Origin: Yuukianura sp. NJ FZ-2021
Lineage: Eukaryota
Length of the DNA: 64,000 bases
Assembly: GCA_046563655.1 (NCBI GenBank)
Contig: CM102286.1
Span: 2,790,001 to 2,854,000 of the forward strand
Direction: 5' to 3'
Shown here in pieces: positions 21,401 to 33,700 of this stretch (the stretch's first letter is position 1; every line of letters begins with the position of its first letter). The notes under the pieces are model-generated. The model searched no databases and had not been told where the DNA came from. It saw only the letters and a list, made by a program, of their open reading frames with translations. The translations under genes and the position numbers were made by a program.

Positions 21401-24400
21401 CGGTGAAAATTCAAAAGATAAACAAAATTAAGCAAAATTTTGGTGTACAAAAAGAATGACGTCGAAAATTCATAGACTTTTAAGTGAAATAGATGAAACG
21501 GCAAACTCTTTAGAATAAAAGTGCGTAGTATTTCTAAAAATTCGAATAAAGCTGCATCACGGTTTTAAAATGCAAGTAATTTTTTTATTATTATTGCTGG
21601 AACGACCTTTGACCTCGAGTAATGGAAAATGAAAGTACTCGACAATTCCATTTTGTTCATTTATAGCCTACTTATGTCACATGTAGGTCACCCGTCGCTG
21701 AACTTCATGCTTGGAACAAAACACTAAACGCCGAATGTCGTCAAAATTTAATATTTCAGAGAAATAGGAAATTGTGAAAATGGGATTCAAAGACATAAAT
21801 AAAAACATGAGAGGACTATAACCTTCTGATAATAAAAATTTAATAAAAAGTCTATTAAAAACGCAAGTGGAACATAACATAACTTTCTATCTAACATTTG
21901 CCGCCATAAAATTATGAACAAAAAAAAATATGTTATTAGTTCTTGTATTAGAACGCCAAAAATTTCATAAGTTGCTGCAGTTGTCGTAATTTGCTTTCTT
22001 CCAGGAGTGAGCAAGAGTAACAAAGATTTTGATTCCAGCATTCAGTATTCCTTTCAATACTTTGTATAACATTAAAATAACATTTGTAAAAACGTTATAG
22101 TTTCTATTTTTCTGTAATTTTTTATATACAAAAAGAAACAAATGGAATGAAGCTGTGAGATGTTTTGGTTCATCCTATTCTAAATGGTGACAGTCGCTTT
22201 ATTACTTTTCCCCAAAAATTGAATTTGCCAACCCAAAATTGCTTTTTGTATTGCGTTGTATACAGTTTTTTTTGTCCAACTACAACCATAGTAAGTTGCA
22301 CGGACAAGAAAGTAATACAAGTATTGTTATAAATTAAGAAAGTTTGGCTTGGATCCAATGCAAAGTGTAAGTTGTGACATGACAGCGAAAAATTTTCTAC
22401 GAAAAACCTCTATGAGGAAAAACTGGAAAATTGAATTTACGTTTTCCCATGACGTGTGCTGCGTTGTGCCTTCTTCCAAATTAATATCACGGTATGAGGT
22501 CTCACCTAACATAGCGTTGTTAGGAATGTACAAGTCTTAGTACTAAAGGATCAAGTTTTTTGGCCACACCCAAGAGACATAATCCTTTCCAATTTTCTAC
22601 GAACAAAAAGGAAAACGAAATTTTTCCACCATAAAAGCGCAATTTCAAAACAAAAAAAAAAGCATAAGTTGGAGATTTTACAAGAGTCCAAAAATGTATA
22701 GAAATAAAATAGCGGGAATTTAAAACAAATGAGCTCAGAACCAAATTAAAGTTTACCAATGAACCAAATTCAATATTTGCCTTTACTTGGCAATACCAAA
22801 ATCCGCACAATTCCAAATTTGCACAAAATGACTTTCATTATTTAGTTGGAATGTAAATAGAAAGCGAGGCTACACGTGGAATCGTAATCAAAAATTGATG
22901 AAACTAGGTGCGGAGAATGTTGAAATAAGGTTAAACGTCATCTTAGCTTTGTAGTACACTAGAATAATACGTTAGAGTAAAACTTAATGTTTCAGTCACG
23001 TTTCAAAGTGAAATTTTATGAAGAAAATGAGAAAATGATGGAGAGTGCTGTTGCTGTAGTAGTCTAGGTTTTGTGAAGGAGATCACAAAAAGATTGGAAA
23101 CTGTCGAGCTCCATTTAGAATTCGTTTTGAAGTTTCTTCTGAAAGTAAAACCGACGTTTCAAAATTAAAATGAAATTAACAGACTAAAAATAAGTTTGGA
23201 GAAGTTGAAATTTTCTCGTTTTTGTAACAAATGGGCTGTGTGGGATCATAGTCAGAAATTTTCAACTTTGAAAATGAGTCAAAACATATCACTTTTTCAT
23301 ATCTACGAATTTTCAAGTCTCGCGTCTGAACTTTCCACAGAACAAACTTTAAAAAATTTTCTAAAAATTAAAAATGTTGCTTTCTTGCCTTTTTGTATTT
23401 GAAGTTGAAACTTTAACTTTTCGCTTTAGCAAGGAAAAAGTTATACTTTTTTGGAGTACAGAATTAACAAACTTTTCGACATTTACAAAATTATGCCATT
23501 TTTAAAAAAAAAAGGGAAATGATTGGCATAGTGTGGCATCCTAAGCCGCCACAGGCATGCTTTTCTCTCAATTTTGTTAAAAATGTTAAAAGTGAAAAAA
23601 CTAAAGTTGTGACAAATGATTGTATCGCCTTTAGGAAAATTCCAAAAACTTTTACATTCTGAAAGTTAGTAAAGTTTTAGTACATATAGCTTATTTCTCT
23701 AGGCGAGGTTCGGATTACTTTTGGTAATTAAAATCATGCAAAACTTTTCGTTTTAATTAAATTCCTTTCATGAAGTATACGTCAATTCCAAAAATTCGTC
23801 TTTTCAATCTGCAGAATAATTTTTGGCGTTACTTATTTTCTAAAATTGTGGCCATATTTTCTAACACTTGAGCATTTACACTGTTGAAGCCACAACTTCA
23901 AGTGACAAAGAACAAACGAACCTTAATACAGATCTGTAATCCTGTTCCTGAGGACTTTGTCTTAAGTTTTGCTGAAGTTGTGTAGGCAGAGACAGAAACA
24001 AGTAGAACACAAATTGGATTTCAGTCACTTTGGGGAGAATGATGTATGATTTGAACACTAATAAATCCTATGTCAGACGAACAAGCAATAACACAGGAAA
24101 TTGGCACTTTATACTGACATTCCAACCGGAAAATGTTTTGTTCCGTTGATAAGAAATACTGAAACAAGGACAAATTCTGCAAAACGAGAAATGAATTCCT
24201 ATTTAATTATTTGTTACAAATATTTTGCCTATTTAGAAAAAAATTGTCCAGCAATTCATTTTTACAGCATATTTCTTTCTAGTTAGATTGAACAAAGTCT
24301 ATGGATTTTTTGAGAACTGTTAAAGTTCAAAGCCGTCCTTGTTTGATTTTTCCTAAAAAGTTTTATTATTTGCCTTCTTATGCTTCAAAATGCGAAAAAA

Positions 24401-25480
24401 AAGTCGAAGAAAAATGTCTGAACTTTTAGCGCCATCACTGATCTGCCATTTCTTCAAACCCAAATTGGATCCGTACTTTGTTTGAAAGAAAACGTATGGT
24501 TCCCGCATATTTGAAAATTCTAACCAAACGAGTGCAAATAACTTTTTGATGTCACAGAAGTTTGGAACAAGATTGATGCAAAGTAAAGTCAAAGCTCAAG
24601 GGCTTCAGAAACCTCCAAAAAATGTTGCTTTCGCAAAAATACCAAATGTATGAAAAATTTGAAAAGTTCAAAAGAAGGGAATGTTATAAAATTGAAAACT
24701 TTGAGAAAAGAAAAGTTGATAAAATTAAATTTTGGACAAATTACAAACCACTTTAAATCCAAGCTTCATATTAAAAACAAATTGAAATGTAATTTAAGCT
24801 AAACTTGTAGAGTTTATTGCACTCTGTTTAAAAACACACTGTTGGTGAGCATGTAATTCAAAGTTATTAATATCCAAACCAACATTTCCGTGCTACCAAA
24901 TGTATCGCTTTGAAAAGGTCACGCCCTGGAAGGTGAGTTTTCAGGTTTTTGCAAAGTTGATTTCCTGAATACTGATCTTGAGAAATGATTTACACTCCCA
25001 CTCAAAAGAAAATGTGTCACGTTCTACGTTCTGGGTAGCCGGAATCAAAAAAGTTAAGGTGTATCTGGACCTATACTGTTAGTCTTAGATTCTTAGATTG
25101 TCAGAATCTTCAAAGACTAGAAAAGTACCCAGGATTGCAAGATCTCCAAAGCACTTGAAATGACGCTCACGTCCTCTGACTCTTCTCCATTTTCTTCCTG
25201 ATGGAAAATAACATCCAACTTTCTCCTCTCTCCAACCTCTTGTGATCTTCGAGTCACACTGAAATCAAAAATTGAACAAAGTCTTGACTGATTGTCTCAT
25301 GCCGTCCAAGAAATCACTTCAATCGCTTTTCCATTTCTACAAACGTCCCTTGTCATCTGAATTCCAATTCACAAATTGTACCAATGTCAAATATTCAAAA
25401 GTTTATACAAATGTCAGTCAAACTACTTTCAAGCAAAGTGCAAAATTTGGAAGAAATATGTTCTGCAATAGCTTCGGTTG

Positions 25481-25717
25481 CCAACACTAAAGAAAATTTC
25501 ACTCTCCCTGGGTTCGAATGCGCGCCCCGCTCAAGGAGAAAGTGAAGAAACGATTTTTCAAACATGAAACGTATTTGGAACTTAAAAATTGCCTGAAATG
25601 GCGGCCTCCATCCGTTTTGTGAAGGAAAATTTGACAGCGACGTGGTGTTTCGTTTTTCTTCTAAAGAAGCGACGCGGGTTCGAGCCCAGGTAAGGGTGAA
25701 CTTTGTTTTGGCGTTGT
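25481..25717. repeat. Degenerate inverted repeat whose arms contain tRNA B-box-like GGTTCGA motifs
   Basis: Reverse complement of 25481-25518 (ttcgaacccagggagagtgaaattttctttagtgttgg) aligns with 25679-25717 (ttcgagcccaggtaagggtgaactttgttttggcgttgt). No full cloverleaf seen. Confidence 0.45.
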
Positions 25718-27306
25718 GAACTTAAACTATACCGCAGCATTTTTTTTACATGCAGAGCACAAGGGTAATTTTGAAATTAAAAAACCTACTTAAATTCAAA
25801 AAAATTTGGCGGAAGACATAAACTGGGATAATTCGAACCCAAAGTTTTTGAACTTTGCTTGTCGTTGCAGTTTCTGTTCAAATAAACCCGCCCAGAACGA
25901 TTTCCTTCAGTTCAAGTCCAATTTGAGCTCAAAATTGGTTTCGATCGCCTATTTTGATATACTTTAGTGCAACCTTTGCAGAATAAAGTATTGCCCTCAT
26001 GTTGCATTTTATTCACGAAGCAGTTTTTTGTTCAAATTGAAAACAAATTGAACTCCACATCATTTCCCGCGCTTTCTTTTTCTTTTGCCATACATCTCAT
26101 TTTCTTCACTGTTCCAAAATGATTTGGTAAATGGAGCGATGGTGCTAGGTCGGAAATGATCATGCTAACTTGAAACTTCCTAAAAGTTTTCCAAACCTCC
26201 ATTTTGGGTGCAACAGAACAAAGTTGTCTAATCCACTGAAGTAATTAATTAGAGCGACGGCTGAAGTGGAATTAAGTCTGATTTGTGATAGAAAGTTTTG
26301 TATGTCGGAAACTCTTTGCCCAGATAAAATAGGGGCGCTAAAGTTTAGAATCATTTGGGCTTACTATCAATTTGCGGCTTTACTACAAGTCGTTTGCCTA
26401 CATAAGTTAAAACCTCTAAAAGCAAATTGAATATCTTGTAAAAAATCTAAAAAATTAAAAAAAAAAATTCGGGAAGGAATGGACAAAATATGCTCCAAAA
26501 ATTTTTGAAACCTTTTTGTTTAAATTTTTGAAGTGATTCGTTGCTTAAATTTTGAAACCCAGAAAAACCCCCGTCGTTTGCCAACCTTGGAAATGAAAAA
26601 TTTGAGTTTTTGTTGAAAAGAACTTTAGCTTATTTGAACAACAAATTTCTTGCCGGGAAACTTGAAACTTTTGCTTTGTGCAAATAATGAGACCTGCATG
26701 TGGTATGTGATGCCCATTTCTCCTTTTGTGTTTATTCCAGAGGATTTCTGGAGTTGAAAATTGTTATTACAAGGCTTGAAAAAAAACAGGGTTTTGTGCC
26801 CAAAGTCATAAATAAGATGAGCTCTCATGTTCCAAGTCCTTCACTTGTCAAGAAAGAACAATGGACAAGAATAAAGTTTCTCCTGAGAAAGAGTGGGAAA
26901 AGAGAAAATTTTTGAGTTTTTAAAGTAGGACAAGTTTAGAATTGAACAATATGGATGTAAGAGGAGACGGTTGGGAGGAAGTGAGGAACATAACAAAGAA
27001 AAAGTACTTTTTCCATTTGAAATGACAAATGGGCGCCACGTATGAAGTCCATTATGCCAAATGCTTTTGTTTTCTTTTCCACCTAGCCCAACCAACAACG
27101 CTACACGCTTATGCTGCCAGCTACATTCGCTTTTTTTTTAAAAAACGCCTGCGCAATAACAACATTTCAAAATAACTTTTTTGAATTTGCCAATTTATCA
27201 GCGGGAAATATCGCTCAACTTGACAGTGACGATGCCAAGTGAATTGGAAATTTAGAAAGCCCAAAACTTTTCAATTTCTTTTTTAAAATTGGTTGAAACT
27301 TTGAGC

Positions 27307-27601
27307 CAAGGTTGATAAACATCAAAATATTTTTTCTTTAACAGGTTATGTAATAACTCCAGTTCTGAATTTTTTGAGCACAACTCGAAAATGAATTCAC
27401 TTAAGTTCATTCTTCGTTGTTAAATTTCAATTCGAAAAAGGTCCAGAAGATCAAAATTCAAAAAAATTTGACAACTGAAACCGATTTTTTAACTCGTATA
27501 AAAAATTGGTTCCATTTTTTGTTTCTTGGGGGAATTTTTCCAACAATCGACTTATTGCCTAACCTGTTATAGAAAACCTACTTCGTTGTCAAGACACCTT
27601 G
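27307..27601. mobile_element. MITE, CAAGG...CCTTG family
   Basis: Ends caaggttgataaac / gtcaagacaccttg, with subterminal ctttaacaggtt / aacctgttata inverted motifs. TSD degenerate. Confidence 0.7.
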
Positions 27602-27792
27602 GTTTTAACTTACCTTGGAAGAAAGTTTGAACATCCGCAGCATTTGGTTGAAACGGCTTAAAAATTTAAAAGTTTGAGGCACTTTGTGAACAAAATGTTG
27701 TTTTTGTGTGTGAAGGGGGTCAAATTTTAGGTCACTGGTCATAATAAAATCTCTTCTGACGTGAGTGTCCACAGAAGAGGACCGTCGTGGCG

Positions 27793-30700
27793 TCACGCGT
27801 TGTAAGAAATTTGAATTTGGTTTCCCGCTTCTTCCTGGTCGACATCCTGTGACGGAGGTCTGCTATTTCTCGAACTGTTTTTGGCTGAAGATTGTTGGCA
27901 ACTTTCTTTTGGATTTGGAGTGATACTGAATGGAACCAATCGGCTGAGCATTACAGAGGTAACTGGCGGGGGTGAAGAATGGTTAGGGTGAAATGGTTCA
28001 TTGTAAATATTGTCGTCGTCGGTAGTCGAACTGCGACTACTTGTAGAGTATTCCAAGTAATAGTCATCAACAGTTTGAGTTCCTTTGGTATGTAATTGAA
28101 CAGTTTTGGGTGGGTCAACTCCAAGGTCGGTGTTTTGACCTTGAGAAGAACGACGGAGATCTCTCACATTTCCTTGCTGAGTGTCAAACAACCTCCAGTC
28201 GAATCCAATTCCTGAAAGAAAGTAAAATTTCGGTGAAAGTTACTTTCAAAAAACTTTTGAATTTTTAGAACCCTACAAAGTTTTTGACGGAGTTCAAATT
28301 GAAATTGCAAACATAACTTTTAGTTTTTTTTTTTGAATTACCGTCACTTTGAGTCGACGTGTCAGTGGTAGTTTTTGGCAAATTTTTGGGTGTGAGGTGA
28401 TTGGCATTTGTGAATGCAGTCATTTGAAACTGTTGTGTTTGCTGTGGTTGTTGCGTTGGAGCTTGGAAGCCAGCTTGATTCGATTGTTGTTGAACAGCCG
28501 AGTAGCGAGCGGCCGGCATCATGCTTTGCCTAACATTGCGTTCAGGGTGGATCAAAATTATGTACAGCTTCGGTACGAACAGACACGCCACCATGACAGT
28601 TGCACTCAATCTAAGCATTTTAATGCAAATGTTTTATTTTTAACATTAACAAAATAATAAATATAATAGTGAAAATTTTTTTGCTTACGAAATTGCCACC
28701 GTCATGCTCATGATTCGTAGCGCCACCTGTAAAAACACACAAAATAAGACCAATTTTTTTATTTGAAAATTTTCGTTACAACCTTCCAAAATTTTATTTT
28801 TCAAAACATTTTCTTCACAAAGTGGCTGAGGGCGAACACTTCTTAACATAATCTAACTTTCGAAGGTGTTTGTTTTCACTTTCCCTTTGTATCAATATTG
28901 CGCGGAAAACAAAAGTAAGGCTCTAGAAGGGCTTGAACGTCCTGAATTTTCAAAAGTTTCAAAAACTTTGTAGAGTAAAGTGAAAGTGATGCATAATTAA
29001 TTGTTAGGAAGAAAGTGAAGCCTAGATCCCTTACCCCAGGAAATCCATGAGCCTCAAGGCTAAGCTTTGTTCAAAATGAATGGGAAAAGAGAAAAGCAGC
29101 AGGAGGGATTTGTGGGTTGATGGCGGGAAAGGTCATGAGAGCGGGAAGATTTGAAATGAAGTCGGTAGGGATGATTTAGTGGTTGGATTAAAATTAAATA
29201 GTGTTTTAGAGCTCAGAGAGGCCTTGCTTTCACACTACCCGTTCGGATGAAATAACAGCACAGACATACATTGTGCTGAAAAACAACAACATCCCACGGG
29301 TCACACGTTCCAAAGTCCCTAGGGTGTCTACCAAATTTCTCAATGTCGGAGGGCATCAAAAACAAACCGCTGGTTGGACTTTGGGAGGTTCAGACAATGA
29401 TGAAATGCAAACAAAAGACAGAACTGTGCAATTTGAAAAACGGAAATTGCCGCCATTTGTTTTAAATTTTTACCTGTCCAGCCGTGGAGAAGTAGATGGG
29501 CACAAAGGCCAACCAGATGATGCAGGTCGTGTACATGGTAAATCCAATGTACTTGGATTCGTTGAAGGCTTCTGGAATCTTGCGCGTGAGTACGGCGTAG
29601 ACGGTGCAGACGACGATTAGCGTAAGTGGATATGCAAAAGCAATGGTGTATGAGGCATTGATGTACGTGTTACACACGAGCAAATTTGCTTTACGATGTG
29701 GATGTTCATTCGTGGCCTTGGGAGGTTGTAGAAGCATCCATACGATGTTGATAATCACCTAAAAAGTAAAAAAAAAAAGTTATTCAAAATTCAAAACTTT
29801 GTTCAAAATTGTAACAAAATTGGACAACTTTCTAAGGGTTTGAATTCAGAGCAAATTTTTGGGTAACGCTGGGAAAAAATAAACATGAAAATTTGCTGCT
29901 TTTTAGCTTTTCTATTTGGAAAAATAAGTTTACTAAGCTTAAGTTTGAAGACCGCTTTAATTTCGATCCACATAAAGCCTGTTGAGGTCAAATTTAAGGC
30001 ATTTCTTTCTGCGTTAGTCAAAGTTAGGTCAAGTATAGTATAGAAAACGGTGATTTCAGCACGCTGTGCTTTCACTCGGAGAAAGTTTCATTTGGCACAA
30101 GATCCATTGCCAAAGTGGCTACCACGAAAATGAGGATTTAGTGAATAATAAATCTAGATTCTGCTCATCTCTCGTCATATTATTCTCCGTACACAGCCAC
30201 TTCCTGGGCGTCTAGTTTGCTTTTTACACAAGAGTACGTTATGCCCAACCCGCCCATGCTAGCCATATCCGTGCCCAGGGACTCCAAAAACTTTCTTCAT
30301 TCAAATTCCCAATCCCAAATGGCAGGTTCTGAATTTAAAGACCTCATTTTCAGGACACGGTGCACACTGTTAAAAAGACGCTACTTTTCAACATAAAGAA
30401 AAAGAGAAAGTGATGTTCGATTCACTCAAGTTAGGAGGAGGGGCAGAACTTCGACAGAAACAAGCCTAAGTACTTTTTGATTAATCCATCCAATCCATTC
30501 ATTCTCCATTGAGCTCTAGGCGTTCTCGTTAAACTTCACTTTTGTTCATCATACACTAAGAAAGTTGGCATGGAAAACTTAATGTAAACGGGACAAAGTT
30601 AGACTTTACTGGAACTGACGTTAGGTTTTCACTGAAACAGGCCTCTAGCTGCTGCTCATGCCAAAGTCACTTCTGTTTTAAAGCAAGCAGACCGGTTCCG

Positions 30701-33700
30701 TTTACCATCACTTATTCCTTTGAACTAATTACACTAAGACTCATGAACAGAAATTGCAATTCTAAGTTCAGCTGGTGCTTTGAGTGTTAGTTACTCCCAC
30801 CATGGTAACATTTTGAACAAAAGAGACGATGACGGTCTAAAGGCTGAGCAGCTTGTTAGACCTAAGGTTGAGCACTCTAAGCTTTGAAAGCTAGCAAAGA
30901 CAAATGAGACTTTGAGCTTGATAGCATCACTAGAAAGTGACTAATTCTAGCTTGTCACCTTCTGGAATTCAAATGGGTTTAGACTAACCTAACATAGGTT
31001 AAACCTAATCTATTCGTGACTCACCTGAATACAAAGAAGAAGTGAACAAATGACTAGCTGAGACCGAGGTGAGATGAATGAAGGACGTCGAGCCGACTTC
31101 TTGCCGGCTTGAAAAATCCGGGCAATTCGGTTCGTCTTGGTAAGTAAAGCGGCGTAGACAATGGTAAAACAGAATCCAGTACTAAACTGCTGGATTCCAC
31201 AAATGACATCAGATGGGCTGCAAAAGCAGAAAAAAATTATGTAAAATGAAGGGTCGTAAACAAATAAAAATGTTTTTCTACAGCAGGTTGTGCAATAACT
31301 CGACGTTTTTAATTTTGTTAATTAATTTGAAAAACTTGACTTCCCGTGCGGTAATGATTTGAATGTAATGTAAGTAGGAATTTGGGGAGGGGAATAATTG
31401 TTTGAAAGAAGATCTTTGCAAATCCTGAGTTATTGGACAACCTGTTGTACAAAATACACTTCGGTTGTCAAAAACCTTGCGTAAAATGAAATTGAAACTT
31501 TTTTTTTAAAATTGCATTTGTTTGCTTTCTAGTAACTTTTTTGTCTTTGTAGTCTGAGCAAAATCCAGCTTCAGGAGTCTAAGCTTCCAACTTCATCATT
31601 GTCACAATTTCTTTCCAAAAAAAAAGTGATTCTGGACCAAATCTTTGTGTCAACGTTACGTACAGAAAATGGATGCGTTTGGATAAAAGTAGCCGCCATC
31701 TTGTTTTCTTATCTTACATTGTGCCCAATTTTTGAAAAGTGGACGTGCACATTTCAAAGTAAATGCCCATTTCCGACGTTTTGAAAAGGCGGCGGTGCAT
31801 GAAAAGTGGTACTAAATTTTCTTTCTTTTTGCTTTTAAGATGAGGACAAAAGACTTTAATTTATGATATGCACTCAAGTGTGGTTTGCATATTAAATATA
31901 TTGCATATACTCAATGTTAAACGGAAAACTTTCGCCAAAAAAGCGCAAAAAATCCATATGAGAGTTTTCTCTTACAAAATCTTATTGGCCCAAAGCTTAT
32001 TATTTTGAGTCCAGCATCATTTTATAACACTTTTATACATGCATAATCTTGTTGTTTTTTTCATAAAGTTTAAATTTTTTTTATTTTAGTTGCAACTGGT
32101 TGTTTCATTAATGCAGTTATTCACAAAACGTATTTTCTTTTACTTTTTTCAATTTCCAATCTTTGCTCAAATTTTTCATTTCATCAATCAATCGTCGCCC
32201 ATCGTGCCGAAATTTTTTGAATGCTTTCTTTTTTTTCAATTTTTTGAAAACAACTAAAAGATAATTTCATTTTTGACTGAAATTTTTTTGTGATCAAATT
32301 TAGTCTTCTATCTCGCGACAACCAATGACGACACCTTTGGGAAGACAGTAAGGGCAGATCTATGAAGTTTGAGTTTGATTGATTAGCCGATTAGTAATCG
32401 ATCAATCGTCAGTGACTACTTTAATCAATCAAATTCAACTAACGACATTTTTTTCCAAAATTTTAGAGTAGGTTGATTGGAACTTACCGGACGACGAAAA
32501 GAAAAGTTAAGGAATAGCAGAGGAAGAGGCCGCCGAGTAGAACGTACGACACTTCTCGACCTGAAGCTCTTACAACCGGCGTGTCATTGTGAATTGTGAA
32601 CACTGCTGACACGAACAGCGTTAAAAGAATTCCCACGCCTGCAAACGTCATGGCTCCAATTGCCCATCCACTACAAAAGTCCATCAAAGAATCAGATCAG
32701 ATCTATCCTGTATGGTCATCCATGTCACTTAAAGTTAGGCCCAAATACATAATTCAGTAAGCATGTTTCTCTTTTTGACAATTCCTTTTGATCAACTTCC
32801 TGGAGTGCACACAACAACCTGTCGTCAACATTCTGCTCCTGTCTTTCATTGTCTCTCATCATCCAGAAACGGGGAAGTCTTCATTATTTACGCCACACTT
32901 CTTCCAACGGGAACTGAATCACAAGTGACACTTTCCAAATATGATCTGTCCCCAGTGCAAGGTTTGTTGACTTTGATTTTCTTTAACAGGTTGAGTAATA
33001 CCTCATGTTTTTTTGATTTTGCAAAAAAAAAGTATCTTTTGATTCCAGGGAACCGTAGTCATAACAAATAAACCGAAGTTTTGAAATTTTGCATACAAAT
33101 TGGTACCATTTTCTGTTTTGTTTCTTTGTCAACAAGCAAAGTAGAACCCAACCTGTTAAAGAAAATTAATTTTTCGTTGTCAAGGAACCTTGCTCCGGTG
33201 GGCCAAAGCCAAACATAGGCATGCTTCTTCAAATTATAAAGACAGAAATACATGGAAATGGAAGCGTGGTGGCTTCTTGTCTGACAGGACTGGAATAACT
33301 CTCAAAAGCAATTCTGCCTAAACAGGAAAAATGGAATCCGGGTGTCAGAATTTTAGAATTTCAAAATGAGGCATACCCCATGCATACCTTAGTAGTTTCT
33401 AAAAAATAGCTCGCTATAGCTTCTAATTTGTACAGCTAAAACCTGAGTATCCACTAAAATGTAACGTGTTAGCCGCAAATCAGATTTTACTAAAAACGTG
33501 GTTTGCAAAGTTTTAATCCCACGGTATTGACCGACACCGCCCTTAGCGCTAAGCTAACATTGCGGTTTTTTTGTTTATTCTAATTTATTCGCTTAAAACT
33601 GTCTTTTTTGTGTTTGAAATTGGTTAGAGTGAAAGTAAAAGGCTATGGTAGATTGGGCAATTTAGAATAAACTTTGCCCAGGTAAGCTCAACTCCGCCCA

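Noticed and set aside
22440..25260. Exon-like minus-strand segments near 22440-22535, 23880-24058 and 25130-25258
   Set aside because: Plausible splice signals, but I could not join them into a coherent ORF. They may be UTR or lncRNA exons; RNA-seq is needed.
25630..25700. tRNA gene
   Set aside because: B-box present, but no consistent acceptor, D or anticodon stems.
31025..31217. Apparent frameshift in a GPCR 7TM exon
   Set aside because: Recounting the A-run at 31112-31116 gives RIFQAGKKSARRPSFISPRSQ, in frame.
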